This document shows positions 36,254 to 47,315 of a DNA stretch of 64,000 nt, one piece after another (position 1 is the stretch's first letter; each line of letters starts with the position of its first letter). Origin of the DNA: a bacterium (GTDB lineage Bacteria; RBG-13-61-14; DATKZS01); assembly GCA_963674965.2 (NCBI GenBank), contig CAXXFL010000002.1:384001-448000 (forward strand), written 5' to 3'. A program made the translations under genes and the position numbers. The notes under the pieces are model-generated. The model was not told where the DNA came from. It was given only the letters and a program-made list of their open reading frames with translations, and ran no database searches.

Positions 36254-39170
36254 AAGCGATAAGCGCGAAAACGCCCAAAGCGTACCGGTGGAAAAACGGA
36301 TCATATCGGCCCAACCCGACCTCGCTCTGCCCGTTTCTTTTCGAGAGTCCGTCCTGGCGGCGATACTCGTGGCCGGAGCGCTGGCCCTGGCCTACGGGCC
36401 CGACAAGGCCTCGGGGCATTCCATCTACGGCGGCGTTATCCAGGACGTGACCAATATTTACGGGTTCGCCTGCTGGGACGATTTCTCCCGCTCCGAGTTG
36501 CTGGCGGGCCGCTTTCCTCTTTGGAACCCCCATGGCGCCTTTGGCGTCCCCCATCTGGCCAACATGCAGTCATCCATATTCTTTCCGCTGAACCTGGTCA
36601 AATGGGCTTTCGGGTTCTGGACCTGCATCGACGCGCTGATCATGGCCCGCCTTTGGCTGGCGGGTTTTTTTACTTTCCTTCTGGCCAGGAAATCACTGGG
36701 CGTGGGATTCTGGCCCGCCATGGCCTCGGCCGTCGCCTTCGCGCTCACGGGATACATGACGCGCTACGTTTATATGTCTCACTTGAACGTGGAGACCCTG
36801 ATTCCGCTTCAGGCTTTCCTGATGGTCCTTTTGGCCCAAAGGGCTTCCATTGTCCGTTTCCTGGCGGCCGGCCTCGGGTTTGCCCTCCTCGTTTTGGGAG
36901 GTTTTCCCGAGGCGTCCCTTTACGCCGTTCTTTTCGCGCTTGCCTGGTATTTCCTCGCCGCCGGCCTGACGCCGCGAGCGGCCTTCACCGCCGCCGGGTG
37001 CGCGGCGCTGGGACTGATAATATCTCTTCCTCAAACTTTGCCTTTCGCCGAGTACCTGGCCAACGCCTGGACCTATCACGGGCCGGGCTCGGGCGCTCGC
37101 AGCCTGGACCCTAAATTTTTGATCACGCTCGTCATGCCCTGGTTCTTCGGGGAGAACGGCCAGAGCCCGGCCGGGTCCTTCCTGGCGCCATATCTTGGAG
37201 TCATGCCGGTGTTCCTGGCCCTCGCGGGAATAGGCGTGGCTCGAAAACGCGGCGCCTTCGGGGCGGGACTTATTGTCCTGACGATCATTCTGGCGGGCGT
37301 CGTTTTCGGCGTCGCCCCCTTTCGCTGGATCGGAAATATCTATCCCTTCAGCGTCACCTATAACGAAAAGTACGCCCTTGCCTGCCTCGCGCTTTCGGTT
37401 TCCCTCCTGGCGGCCTTGGGCGCTGAAAACCTCTTGAGCGGCAAGTCCTGGAAAGCTCCGGCCCTCGCGGGAGGAGGAATGATCGCCTTCATCGGTCTCA
37501 ACATTATCGCCGGTCTTCCGAGCGTTAACTGGTTCAGTCCGGTTTGGGCCTTTGGTCTTTTAAAGCCGTGGACCATATTGACGTCGGTCTTCCTGCTGCT
37601 CTCGGCGTTGTTTCTGTCGAGACCAAGCGTAAAAAGGACCATCTCGGGCCGGGCCATGGGCGCTTCCCTCTTCGTCCTCCTTTTGCTTGGACTTCTCTTT
37701 GACGCGAGGGGGAACAACCCCAACTGGAACGACGACCTCGAGTCCAGGGTCGGCGCTCTAAGGAACAGGCTTCCGGCCTCGGAGGGCAGATACCGGGTCC
37801 ACGTGGACCCTACGATAAAGGACCTGTTTCCGAACCTGACTCTTCCGGCGGGCGTGGACGACGTCCGCTATTACGACCCCCTTTACCCGCGAAGCTACGT
37901 GGACTACATGGCCGGGATTAACGGACTCGAGGGCGAACAGATATTGGAAAGCTATAACGAGAACATGCTTTTCACCATCGGCCGCGACCATCTGACCGTT
38001 CCTCTCGCCGAAGTGGCCAACGTTTCTTTGCTGGTGTTGCCGACGCCGTGGGACGAGCGCCTGGTGGACCGGGATTTGTTAATGAACGCCGTCACCATAA
38101 GTTCCAGAAAAGAGTCCTGGCTGAGGCTGGAGGAAACCTCTTGTTTCGGCGAGAAAAAAAGGTCGCTGATCGAGCACGCCCCCGTAAGGATAGAGGGCAT
38201 GGTCGAGGCGCGGATGAAGGAGTCCAGTAGCGGTGACGCCGCGCCGTCCGCGTCTCGCGAGGAAGTGGAAATCAAATTCGAGGTTGGCATGCCGGACGAC
38301 CAGACGCTGGCCGGTGGAGCGCCGGGAGATGGCGCGTTCATGACGGCTTTCAAGTCCGGCAAGGACGGTGAGATTATCCTTTTCTCCCGTTATATCGATC
38401 CCAAGAACAACTTCTCGGACCTGGGCTGGAAGCCTTACGAGGCTCGCGCGTGCACGCTGAGGCCAGGCGTCTCGTCTCCCGCGATGGAGTGGAAGCTCGC
38501 GTTGACGTTGCTTCCCGGCCCGAGGGGAGACTTAACTCGCGACGCGGCGGCCTGGGCGGACCTGAGGCTGAAGAGTCCCACCGACATGGGGGTGGTGAAA
38601 AGAATAGGCGAGGGCGGTCCTCCCTTCGTCTATGCCAACGAGAACTCCATGAAGAGGGCCGCGGTATTTACCGGGCTGGCGAGGGTACCAAAAGGACAAA
38701 CCGTGATCGAGGCCATGCGGGAGACGGGAGCCAATCTGCCCGTCATGCTGAGGAAAATGGCCTATATAAACGAGGTCCCGCCGCAAAGGGGCAAGCTTAA
38801 AGATACCAAGCCCGCGGACGAGGACCTGGAAACGCGGGAGCGCCTTCCCGGCCGCGTCGAGTACAAGGTCGGTTCACGCTCGTCCGGCTACCTTTTCCTT
38901 TCGGACCAGTATTTCCCGGGATGGCGGGCTTTTCGGCAAAGCGCGGACGAGCGCGTGGAGGAAAAAATCCTGAACGTCAACGGCGCGTTTATGGCCGTGT
39001 TCTTGCCTCCGGGCGAATCGGTTATCACCCTGGTTTACGCGCCCTGGGGATTCAGGGCGGGCTTATGGGCGGGCCTTTCAAGTTTGCTTTTTGGGCTTGT
39101 GCCGGTTCTTTATTCATCGGGCGGGAAAATTCGAGGTCCGGGGCGAACGCCGGGCAAGTCTGGAGAATAG
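36243..39170 (+). CDS. YfhO-like GT-C membrane glycosyltransferase (paralog)
   Basis: GRFPLWNP..GVPHLANMQS..FP, LGGFPE, YDPL, SDQYFPGWRA, VNGAFMAV.LPPG..Y.P..F.AGL. Confidence 0.78.
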   Translation: MTHKSDKRENAQSVPVEKRIISAQPDLALPVSFRESVLAAILVAGALALAYGPDKASGHSIYGGVIQDVTNIYGFACWDDFSRSELLAGRFPLWNPHGAFGVPHLANMQSSIFFPLNLVKWAFGFWTCIDALIMARLWLAGFFTFLLARKSLGVGFWPAMASAVAFALTGYMTRYVYMSHLNVETLIPLQAFLMVLLAQRASIVRFLAAGLGFALLVLGGFPEASLYAVLFALAWYFLAAGLTPRAAFTAAGCAALGLIISLPQTLPFAEYLANAWTYHGPGSGARSLDPKFLITLVMPWFFGENGQSPAGSFLAPYLGVMPVFLALAGIGVARKRGAFGAGLIVLTIILAGVVFGVAPFRWIGNIYPFSVTYNEKYALACLALSVSLLAALGAENLLSGKSWKAPALAGGGMIAFIGLNIIAGLPSVNWFSPVWAFGLLKPWTILTSVFLLLSALFLSRPSVKRTISGRAMGASLFVLLLLGLLFDARGNNPNWNDDLESRVGALRNRLPASEGRYRVHVDPTIKDLFPNLTLPAGVDDVRYYDPLYPRSYVDYMAGINGLEGEQILESYNENMLFTIGRDHLTVPLAEVANVSLLVLPTPWDERLVDRDLLMNAVTISSRKESWLRLEETSCFGEKKRSLIEHAPVRIEGMVEARMKESSSGDAAPSASREEVEIKFEVGMPDDQTLAGGAPGDGAFMTAFKSGKDGEIILFSRYIDPKNNFSDLGWKPYEARACTLRPGVSSPAMEWKLALTLLPGPRGDLTRDAAAWADLRLKSPTDMGVVKRIGEGGPPFVYANENSMKRAAVFTGLARVPKGQTVIEAMRETGANLPVMLRKMAYINEVPPQRGKLKDTKPADEDLETRERLPGRVEYKVGSRSSGYLFLSDQYFPGWRAFRQSADERVEEKILNVNGAFMAVFLPPGESVITLVYAPWGFRAGLWAGLSSLLFGLVPVLYSSGGKIRGPGRTPGKSGE

Positions 39171-39263
39171 ACGCCGGTTATCCAATGAGGGCCTTTCATT
39201 TTCCAGGCGAGCGGCATGACCCTTATTTGGAGGCGGTTTTAGACGATCCGGCTCATGCATTCC

Positions 39264-39292
39264 TTGACACCTTACGGCTTATCATCTAACTT
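39264..39292 (+). promoter_or_regulatory. Possible sigma70 promoter for miaB
   Basis: TTGACA-N17-TAACTT. Confidence 0.45.
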
Positions 39293-39350
39293 ATGCCTTA
39301 AGAACGCGAAAGGGAGAGGGCGGCCGAAATTGACCGCCCGCGTTGGTTTA

Positions 39351-40667
39351 ATGTCGGGAAAAGTTTACATACGGACCTTCGGCTGCCAGATGAACGTCAA
39401 GGACACGGAGCGCATGATGGGCCTCCTGGCCGAGCGAGGATACGCCCCATGCGACGACCCGGGCGAGGCTGACGTCCTGCTGGTCAACACCTGCTCGGTG
39501 CGCGAAAAGCCGGAACAAAAGGTCTTCGGGGCGCTCGGGCGGCTGAAGTCAGCCAAGGACGCGAACCCCCGCGCCGTGATCGGCGTATGCGGGTGCGTGG
39601 CCCAGCGGATGGGCCAGGAGCTTTTGGACGCCGTAAACCATCTCGACCTGGTAGTGGGAACTCAGGCCATTCACCGCCTGCCCGAACTGGTGGAAAGGGC
39701 CAGGGAAGGGGAACGAATAGCCGCCGTTGACTGGCTCGAGGTGGGCGACCAGGACCTGTTCGCGACGCCCCGGGAGCCGGCCGGAGGGATAAGCGCCTTT
39801 GTGTCGATCATGCAGGGCTGCGACAATCATTGCGCCTATTGCATCGTCCCCAGCGTGAGGGGTCCGCAAGTAAGCAGGAAAATGGACGCCGTGATCGGTG
39901 AAACATCGGCGCTTGCGGAAAAGGGCGTCCGCGAGATAACCCTATTGGGACAGAACGTTAACGCCTACGTTGACGGATCGACGCGTTTTCCCGATATCCT
40001 GGACATGGTCTCCCGCGTGGACGGCGTGGCCAGGGTCAGGTTCACCACCTCCCATCCCAAGGACCTGGACGACCGCCTCATCGAGGTCATGGCGGAGAAC
40101 GATCGGATCATGGAGAACTTCCACCTGCCCGTTCAGGCCGGTTCCGACGCGGTGCTGGCCCGCATGAACCGGGGATACGATTCCGCCCGGTATCTGGGGC
40201 TGATCCGAAAGCTGCGCGAGGCCATGCCGGATATCGGAATTACGACCGACCTTATAGTGGGCTTTCCCGGCGAGACCCAGATGGATTTTCAGGCTACCCT
40301 GGACCTGGTAAGTGAGGTCCGGTACGACGAGACCTTCAGCTTCCGCTACTCGATAAGGCCCGGGACCCAGGCGGCCCTATTTGACGGACAGGTCCCGGAG
40401 GACGAAAAATACGACCGTCTCTACAGGCTACAGGAACTCCAGCGCCGGATTACTGAAAACAAGAACCTGGAGCAAGTGGGCAAGACCCACGAGGTGCTGG
40501 TGACGGGAACAAGCAAGACCGATCCCACCAGGATGAGCGGCAGGAGCAGGACCAACCGGCTGGTGCATTTCTCCAGGAATGGCCATAAGCCGGGAGACTT
40601 GGTAAAATTGAAGATAACTCGGGCCCTGAAGCATTCTCTCGCGGCGCAAGAGGACGGGCCGCGTTAA
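39351..40667 (+). CDS. miaB: tRNA-2-methylthio-N6-dimethylallyladenosine synthase
   Basis: TFGCQMN, NTCSVRE, GCVAQ, GCDNHCAYC, LLGQNVNAY, RFTTSHPKD, TRAM domain. Confidence 0.95.
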   Translation: MSGKVYIRTFGCQMNVKDTERMMGLLAERGYAPCDDPGEADVLLVNTCSVREKPEQKVFGALGRLKSAKDANPRAVIGVCGCVAQRMGQELLDAVNHLDLVVGTQAIHRLPELVERAREGERIAAVDWLEVGDQDLFATPREPAGGISAFVSIMQGCDNHCAYCIVPSVRGPQVSRKMDAVIGETSALAEKGVREITLLGQNVNAYVDGSTRFPDILDMVSRVDGVARVRFTTSHPKDLDDRLIEVMAENDRIMENFHLPVQAGSDAVLARMNRGYDSARYLGLIRKLREAMPDIGITTDLIVGFPGETQMDFQATLDLVSEVRYDETFSFRYSIRPGTQAALFDGQVPEDEKYDRLYRLQELQRRITENKNLEQVGKTHEVLVTGTSKTDPTRMSGRSRTNRLVHFSRNGHKPGDLVKLKITRALKHSLAAQEDGPR

Positions 40668-40690
40668 AATGGCGTCCCCAAGGAGGAGAC

Positions 40691-41185
40691 ATGTTTATAG
40701 AAATGAAAGTCGCCGGAATCGTTCTTGATCCTTACTCGAACGTGCCCATCGTGGTTCTCCGCGACCAGGAGGAAAAAATTACCGTGCCCATCTGGATTGG
40801 GCTGGTCGAGGCCAGCGCCATCGCCATGGAACTGGAGAACATCAAGATACAAAGGCCACTGACCCACGACCTTATAAAGAACATCCTTCACGACCTCCAG
40901 GTCAACGTCCTCAAAATCGAGGTCACCGACCTCAAGGAAAACACCTATTTCGCCCTGATCCACCTCCAAAAAGGAGAGCAGGTCGTGCAGGTCGATTCGC
41001 GCCCATCCGACGCCATTGCCGTGGCCCTTCGCACCGAGTCGCCCATCTTCGTTTCCGAGGAGGTAATCGAGAAGTCCAAGAACATGGAAACCCAGGACAC
41101 GGCCTTTACCCAGGAGAACCGCGACAAGTGGACGGAGATACTCGAGAACTTAAATCCCGAGGACTTCGGAAAGTATAAAATGTAA
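40691..41185 (+). CDS. Bifunctional nuclease family protein (DUF151)
   Basis: PIWIG..EA.AIA, RPLTHDL, DSRPSDAIAVALR. Confidence 0.92.
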   Translation: MFIEMKVAGIVLDPYSNVPIVVLRDQEEKITVPIWIGLVEASAIAMELENIKIQRPLTHDLIKNILHDLQVNVLKIEVTDLKENTYFALIHLQKGEQVVQVDSRPSDAIAVALRTESPIFVSEEVIEKSKNMETQDTAFTQENRDKWTEILENLNPEDFGKYKM

Positions 41186-41186
41186 C

Positions 41187-41657
41187 ATGGAGATTTCCAG
41201 GTCCCATCCCCCAGGCGGCGGACCGGCAAGTAGGACCAGGGCGATAACGGCGCTCATTTTGTGGGCGCTGTTGGTTTTGGCGCTGTCCGTCATCATGATT
41301 CCCCAGGTCGGTCCCAAACCTTTCAAAGCCTCGGATAAGCTCGCGCACGCGGCTTTTTACGCGCCGCTGGGCGCGCTCTGGGTATGGGCTTTCGGAGGGG
41401 GACGGCGTAAAAAACTTCTCGTCCTTGCCGGCGCGGCCTTCGCGCTCACCTTCGGGGTCGCGCTCGAGTTCGTTCAGGCCGTCTTGCCCTGGAGGTCCTT
41501 CGAGCTTTGGGACATGGCGGCCGACCTCGCCGGAGGCTCGGCTGGCGCGGTCCTGGCCGCGTTCGCGCCCGGGTTTGGACATTGGACGCCTCTACCCGGC
41601 AAACGCCGAAAAGGCGAAGAGCGCCGCGGAGAGGGCCCAAGCGAAGTGTCCGATTGA
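41187..41657 (+). CDS. VanZ family membrane protein
   Basis: DKLAHAAFY, EFVQ..LPWRS.E..D..AD..G. Confidence 0.85.
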   Translation: MEISRSHPPGGGPASRTRAITALILWALLVLALSVIMIPQVGPKPFKASDKLAHAAFYAPLGALWVWAFGGGRRKKLLVLAGAAFALTFGVALEFVQAVLPWRSFELWDMAADLAGGSAGAVLAAFAPGFGHWTPLPGKRRKGEERRGEGPSEVSD

Positions 41658-41866
41658 ACGCCTCCCAACCTGAAAGAGACAAGTTTCTGAAACCCTCCCG
41701 CCGGCCCCGCATCAAAAGTATAAGACAAATAGTAAAGAGGAATTCGCGACGGCCCATATGGGCCCACAAGGAGTTTCGAGCGAGGAGTGATGTTGATCTT
41801 TTCCCGTCCAGCGGCTAGCTTAATTAGTGCTTCAGTAATTCTTACTTCAGCGAGGAGGGAGAAAAG

Positions 41867-42301
41867 ATGAGCGTCAGATGGGACCCGTTTAGAGACCTCG
41901 TCACTCTTCAGGAGCACATGAACAGGCTTTTCGACGACTCGGTCGCCGAGCATCGTCACCCCGACGGCATGGCCGGATGGCATCCACCCGCCGACGTGAG
42001 CGAGTCTCAGGACGAGTTCCAGATTTTTCTCGAGGTGGCGGGCATGGAGCCGGACGGGTTCGACGTCAGGGTCGAGAAAAACCGGATGTCCATTCGGGGA
42101 GAGCGGAGAAGACGTCCCCATTCCGGGCAGGCCTTTCGGCAGACCGAGATCATGGTCGGGCCCTTCCACCGCGTTTTTATTCTGCCGGCGGACGTGGACC
42201 CGGAAGGAATTAACGCCAACTATAGAAACGGCATCCTCGAGGTGGTCATCCCCAAGGTAAAGGGCCTGGGCGCCAGGAGCGTCGAGATCAAGACAAAATA
42301 A
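41867..42301 (+). CDS. Hsp20/alpha-crystallin small heat-shock protein
   Basis: RWDPFRDL..MNRLF, PPADV.E, GPFHRVF.LP, ANYRNGILEVVIPK. Confidence 0.93.
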   Translation: MSVRWDPFRDLVTLQEHMNRLFDDSVAEHRHPDGMAGWHPPADVSESQDEFQIFLEVAGMEPDGFDVRVEKNRMSIRGERRRRPHSGQAFRQTEIMVGPFHRVFILPADVDPEGINANYRNGILEVVIPKVKGLGARSVEIKTK

Positions 42302-42440
42302 TATAACGCGCGCGCGAAAGGAGGGGCCGGTTGCATGACCGGCGCGGAATATATGAAAGCGGCGTCTAGATTATTAGTGGCATATTTCATTACGTTCTTT
42401 GACGGCCTCGTCTCGGGCCGGGCTGGGAGGATTTGAAGTT

Positions 42441-44159
42441 ATGTCCGACCTTGCCCTTTTACTTTGGCCCAAATGGCGCTCGATGGTGAACGGCTCGGGC
42501 AAGAAGGGAGAGAACGCCAAGACCTTCACCCTGGTGCTTCTCGCCGGAACGGCTTGTCTTGTGATCTTCATGGCCTCCCACTACATTTTGAGCTACATTC
42601 GAGACCTTTACATAGGACCCGGGCTCGAGCTGGCCGACCTTCGCTTCGCCATCAACAAAAGCCTGCTGGGAATGGCGGTCATGACCTTTATGGCCGTATT
42701 GATCTTCTCCAATATCATTACGGCCCTGTCCACGTTCTTTCTTTCCGACGACCTGCAACTGGTGGGCTCGCTTCCCGTTTCTCACGACTCGGTTTTCCTG
42801 GCCCGGTTCATCGAGCAGGTGGTCGACTCGTCATGGATGGTGGTCATTTTCGGCTCGCCCGTGTTCGTGGCCTTCGGCGTGGTTTACGGCGCGGGCCTTG
42901 TATATTACGCCTCGATACCGGCGGTCATCGTTCCCTTTATTCTGATACCGGCGGGGCTCGGAGTGGTGGTGACCATGGCCCTGGTCAGCGCCTTCCCGGC
43001 CAGGAACATCAGGGACGTAATTTTTCTCCTCATCATTATCGGAGCGGCCATCATCTTCACCCTTTTTCGTATCATGCGTCCCGAGCGGGTCTTCAACCCC
43101 GACGAGCGGCTCGAGGTGGTGGATTTCCTGCAGACCATCCAGATGCCGGCCACCCTTCCCAGCCAGTGGGTCACCGAGGTCATGTCCTCTTTGGCCAACG
43201 GCGGAATGAACGGAGACGGATGGATGTTCCTGGCCCTTTTATGGACAACGGGCCTGGGCTTCGTGGCCCTTTCCCTGGTCTTTTCGCGCTACCTGTACTC
43301 GGACAGCTTCTCGAAGAGCCAGGAGGCCACGAGGACATTCATCTCCCGCACCAGCGTCTTGAACTTTATGGTGAGGACCATCAGCTATCCCTTCAGCCCC
43401 GCCACCAGGCAGATGGTGATGAAGGACGTCCGCTTTTTCATGAGGGACACGACCCAGTGGTCGCAACTTTTCCTTCTCGCCGGGCTGGTGGTGATCTATA
43501 TCTTCAACTTCAAGATCGTGGACGCCAGGCTGCATGACATCAAGTTCAACGCCCAGAACGCCATCAGCTTCCTCAACATCGGCCTGGCCGGCTTCGTTCT
43601 AACGGCCCTCTCGGCAAGGTTCGTTTTCCCGATGGTCAGCCTGGAGGGCAGGGCCTTCTGGATCGTCAAGACTTCTCCCCTTTCCCTCAGGGGGTTTTTG
43701 TGGAGCAAGTTCCTTATCAGCCTTTTGCCCCTGGCGATGGTGGGCGAGGGTTTGGTCATTATTACCAATTACATCCTCGAGGTCGAGACCATCGTCTGGT
43801 ACATAAGCCTGATCACCATCCTGGGCGTGGCCCTGGCCATCACCGGGCTGGGCGTGGGCCTGGGTGCCCGGTATCCCAAGTTCAACGTCGAGAACCCGTC
43901 CAAGGTCGCCACCAGCTTCGGCGGCGTGATCTACATGGTGGTCACGACCTCGACCATCGGGCTGATGGTCTTTCTCGAGGCCCAGGCGGCCGCTTATTAC
44001 GCCATGGCCAAGTACCACATGTTCGGCATAGTCATGACCGACTGGGGATGGGTGAGAATCGTCGCGTCTTTTGCCCTGGCCGCCCTAATCGTGCCCGTCG
44101 CCGTTTTTGTCCCTATGAAAATCGGACGCAAGTGGATCGAGGACCTGGAGATAAGTTAG
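42441..44159 (+). CDS. Putative ABC transporter permease subunit
   Basis: LSTFFLSDDL, KD.RFF.RD..QWSQL, ARFVFP.VSLEG; about 12 TM segments. Confidence 0.8.
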   Translation: MSDLALLLWPKWRSMVNGSGKKGENAKTFTLVLLAGTACLVIFMASHYILSYIRDLYIGPGLELADLRFAINKSLLGMAVMTFMAVLIFSNIITALSTFFLSDDLQLVGSLPVSHDSVFLARFIEQVVDSSWMVVIFGSPVFVAFGVVYGAGLVYYASIPAVIVPFILIPAGLGVVVTMALVSAFPARNIRDVIFLLIIIGAAIIFTLFRIMRPERVFNPDERLEVVDFLQTIQMPATLPSQWVTEVMSSLANGGMNGDGWMFLALLWTTGLGFVALSLVFSRYLYSDSFSKSQEATRTFISRTSVLNFMVRTISYPFSPATRQMVMKDVRFFMRDTTQWSQLFLLAGLVVIYIFNFKIVDARLHDIKFNAQNAISFLNIGLAGFVLTALSARFVFPMVSLEGRAFWIVKTSPLSLRGFLWSKFLISLLPLAMVGEGLVIITNYILEVETIVWYISLITILGVALAITGLGVGLGARYPKFNVENPSKVATSFGGVIYMVVTTSTIGLMVFLEAQAAAYYAMAKYHMFGIVMTDWGWVRIVASFALAALIVPVAVFVPMKIGRKWIEDLEIS

Positions 44160-44204
44160 GCTATAAAGCAGAAATGGCGGTCTTCGGATAGGTCCCTGCT
44201 GGGA

Positions 44205-47057
44205 TCAGGCCCCGGCTTCCAGCCTGGCCTGTCTGCCCAGAAGGTCCGCGAGGTACCGGGCCGTGTACGACCCCGCGACGTGGGCCACCTCCTCGGGCGG
44301 TCCCTGCCCCACGATGGTCCCGCCGTCATCGCCGCCCTCCGGGCCCAGGTCGATTATCCAGTCGGCGGTCTTGACCACCTCGAGGTTGTGCTCGATAACT
44401 ATGACCGTGTTGCCCTGGTCCACCAGCCTGCGAAGCACGGTCAGAAGCTTCTTGATGTCGTCGAAATGAAGACCCGTGGTCGGTTCGTCCAGGATATACA
44501 GCGAGCGGCCCGTCGAGCGCTTGGACAACTCCCTCGAGAGCTTGATCCTTTGGGCCTCTCCTCCCGAGAGGGTGGTGGCGGCCTGGCCGAGCTTGATATA
44601 GCCCAGGCCCACGTCGATAAGGGTCTGAAGCTTGGCCCGTATTACCGGGATGGACGATAAAAAGTCCATGGCCTGGTTGACGGTCATGTCCAGAACGTCC
44701 GCGATGTTCTTGCCCTTGTACTTCACGTCCAGGGTCTCCCGGTTGTAGCGGCGGCCGCCGCACACGTCGCAGGTGACGAAAACGTCGGGCAGAAAGTGCA
44801 TCTCTATCTTGATCATGCCCCCACCCTCGCAGGCCTCGCACCTGCCGCCCTTGACGTTGAAAGAATACCTGCCCACCTTGTAGCCGCGCATTTTAGACTC
44901 GGGCAGCTTGGCGAAGAGGTCGCGGATGGGCGTGAAAGTCCCCGTGTAGGTGGCCGGGTTCGAGCGCGGCGTCCGGCCGATGGGAGACTGGTCGATATCG
45001 ATGACCTTGTCCAGGTAATTGAGCCCCGTAATTTCCTTGTGCTCTCCCACCTGGGACCGGGAGCGATAGAAATACTGGGCCAGGGCCTTGTACAGCGTGT
45101 CGATGACCAGGGTGGATTTGCCCGAGCCGCTGACTCCCGTCACGCAGGTAAACAGACCGATGGGAAAGGAGGCCGTTATGTTCTTTAAATTATTCTGAGC
45201 CGCCCCTTTTATAACCAGCCTCTTCTTGGTGGGCCTCTTGCGGGGAGGGACCTCGATGAAGTCCTTGCCCGAAAGGTAGGCCCCGGTGATCGAGTTGGGG
45301 TCCGCCATGATCTGCTCGGGAGAACCCTGGGCCGTGACCTGACCGCCCTTTCTGCCCGCGCCCGGGCCCATGTCGATTACGTGGTCGGCGCTGAGGATGG
45401 TGTTCTCGTCGTGCTCGACCACTATCACCGTGTTTCCCAGGTCCCTCAGCCGGGTCAGGGTCTCGATCAGCCTCTGGTTGTCGCGCTGATGGAGTCCTAT
45501 TGAAGGCTCGTCCAGGATGTAGAGCACTCCCACCAGGCTCGAGCCGATCTGGGTGGCCAGCCGTATGCGCTGTCCTTCCCCTCCCGAGAGGGTGGCCGAC
45601 GAGCGGTCCAGGGTAAGGTAGCCCAGGCCCACGTTAAGGAGGAAGCCCAGTCTTTCCTTTAACTCTTTCACGATCCTGGCCGCTATCAGGGCCTCCTTTT
45701 CCGTAAAGCTCAGGCTATCGACCCAGTCCAGGGCCTCCTTGATGGACATGGAGGAAAGGTCGGCAATGGATGAACCTCCCACCTTGACGTTAAGGCTCTC
45801 CTTTCTAAGGCGCTTGCCCTCGCAGTCCGGGCAGGGCATGATGGACATGAACTTTTGCAGTTCCTCCCGGATCATCTCGGAGGTCGTCTCGCGAAACCTC
45901 CTGCTTAAATGGGGGATCACGCCCTCGAAGGGACGAGTGAACTCGTGGCTCATGTTCGAGTCGCTTTCGAGGCGGAACTCGATCTCCTCGTCCCCCGACC
46001 CGTAAAGGAGGATGTTCTTCACCTTTTTCGTCAGCTTTTCAAAGGGCTTAGTCAACTCGAAACCATAGTGGCGGGAAAGGGCCTCGAGCATCTGATAGTA
46101 ATAATCGGAGCTTCTTTTTTCCCAGGGAGCGATGGCCCCCTCCCGAAGGCTTTTCTTGTGATCGGGCACGATAATGTCGGGGTCGAAGTACATCCTGGTG
46201 CCAAGGCCGTCGCAGGACTGGCAGGCCCCGTAGGGGTTGTTGAAGCTGAACATCCGGGGAGATATCTCGGGGTAGCTGACTCCGCAATCGGGGCAGGCGA
46301 ACTTTTCCGAGAAGATGGCCTCGGCGTCCTCCTCGTCGGCGAAGTCGATTTTGACTATGCCGTCGGCCAGCTTGAGGGCAGTCTCGATGGAGTCGGCCAG
46401 GCGGCGCTCGACCCTGTCGGGCTTGATCTTCAGCCGGTCCACGAAGACGTCGATGGTGTGCGGCTTCTTCTTGTCCAGCTGGATATCCTCGGCCAGGTCT
46501 CTCAAGTTCCCGTCCACTTTGACGCGAATGAAGCCCTCCCGGCGGAGGCGGTCGAAAACCGTTTTATATTCGCCCTTTCTGTTCCTGGCAATAGGGGCTA
46601 GCACGTTGATCCGCGTGCCCTCGGGCTTGGCCATAAGCTGGTCAACCATCTGCTGCACCGTCTGGCTGGTGATTTCCTTGCCGCACTGGTAGCAGAAAGG
46701 ATGTCCAACTCTAGCGTAAAGTACCCGTAAATAATCGTAAATTTCCGTAACCGTGGCCACGGTCGAGCGGGGGTTTTTGCTCACCGTCTTCTGCTCGATG
46801 CTGATGGCGGGAGACAGGCCCTCGATGGTATCCACGTCTGGCTTGCCCATCTGCTCGAGGAACTGCCTGGCGTAGGCCGAGAGGCTCTCCACGTACCGGC
46901 GCTGGCCCTCCGCGTATATGGTGTCAAAGGCGAGGGAACTCTTGCCCGAGCCGCTGACTCCCGTTATTACCACCAACTTGTCGCGGGGGATCGTTACGTC
47001 GATATTTTTAAGGTTGTGCTCCCTTGCCCCTTTTACTACTATTTTATCGGCTCCCAT
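44205..47057 (-). CDS. uvrA: Excinuclease ABC subunit A
   Basis: [37 protein letters not shown], two ABC domains, zinc fingers, LSGGE.QRI.L. Confidence 0.98.
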   Translation of the reverse strand: MGADKIVVKGAREHNLKNIDVTIPRDKLVVITGVSGSGKSSLAFDTIYAEGQRRYVESLSAYARQFLEQMGKPDVDTIEGLSPAISIEQKTVSKNPRSTVATVTEIYDYLRVLYARVGHPFCYQCGKEITSQTVQQMVDQLMAKPEGTRINVLAPIARNRKGEYKTVFDRLRREGFIRVKVDGNLRDLAEDIQLDKKKPHTIDVFVDRLKIKPDRVERRLADSIETALKLADGIVKIDFADEEDAEAIFSEKFACPDCGVSYPEISPRMFSFNNPYGACQSCDGLGTRMYFDPDIIVPDHKKSLREGAIAPWEKRSSDYYYQMLEALSRHYGFELTKPFEKLTKKVKNILLYGSGDEEIEFRLESDSNMSHEFTRPFEGVIPHLSRRFRETTSEMIREELQKFMSIMPCPDCEGKRLRKESLNVKVGGSSIADLSSMSIKEALDWVDSLSFTEKEALIAARIVKELKERLGFLLNVGLGYLTLDRSSATLSGGEGQRIRLATQIGSSLVGVLYILDEPSIGLHQRDNQRLIETLTRLRDLGNTVIVVEHDENTILSADHVIDMGPGAGRKGGQVTAQGSPEQIMADPNSITGAYLSGKDFIEVPPRKRPTKKRLVIKGAAQNNLKNITASFPIGLFTCVTGVSGSGKSTLVIDTLYKALAQYFYRSRSQVGEHKEITGLNYLDKVIDIDQSPIGRTPRSNPATYTGTFTPIRDLFAKLPESKMRGYKVGRYSFNVKGGRCEACEGGGMIKIEMHFLPDVFVTCDVCGGRRYNRETLDVKYKGKNIADVLDMTVNQAMDFLSSIPVIRAKLQTLIDVGLGYIKLGQAATTLSGGEAQRIKLSRELSKRSTGRSLYILDEPTTGLHFDDIKKLLTVLRRLVDQGNTVIVIEHNLEVVKTADWIIDLGPEGGDDGGTIVGQGPPEEVAHVAGSYTARYLADLLGRQARLEAGA

Positions 47058-47200
47058 TTATCCTGTCTCCAGTTTGTCGGCGAAAAAGAGTGAACTCAAA
47101 ACTTCTATAATAGCTGGAATCGCTTTTTTCTTCCACCGGCGCGCCGGCTGAAAACTTTGGCGCCCGATGAGCGCGGATTCAAACGGCTGATTCGGCGGTC

Positions 47201-47229
47201 TTGAAATAAGGGGGGTTCCGCACTATAAT
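47201..47229 (+). promoter_or_regulatory. sigma70 promoter of tRNA
   Basis: TTGAAA-N17-TATAAT, 12 nt upstream of the tRNA. Confidence 0.75.
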
Positions 47230-47241
47230 TACTTTTTCGAC

Positions 47242-47315
47242 GGGCCCATAGCTCAGCTGGCTAGAGCCCCCGGCTCATAACCGGGTTGTCGCAGGTTCGA
47301 GTCCTGCTGGGCCCA
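47242..47315 (+). tRNA. tRNA with CAT anticodon, probably tRNA-Ile2 (lysidine type); CCA not encoded
   Basis: Acceptor GGGCCCA/TGGGCCC, D-arm GCTC..GAGC, anticodon arm CCCGG-CTCATAA-CCGGG, T-loop GGTTCGAGTCC; resembles ileX-type rather than initiator or elongator Met. Confidence 0.92.

Noticed and set aside
41760..41866. CIRCE/HAIR operator before Hsp20
   Set aside because: Neither TTAGCACTC-N9-GAGTGCTAA nor CTTGAGT-N7-ACTCAAG is present
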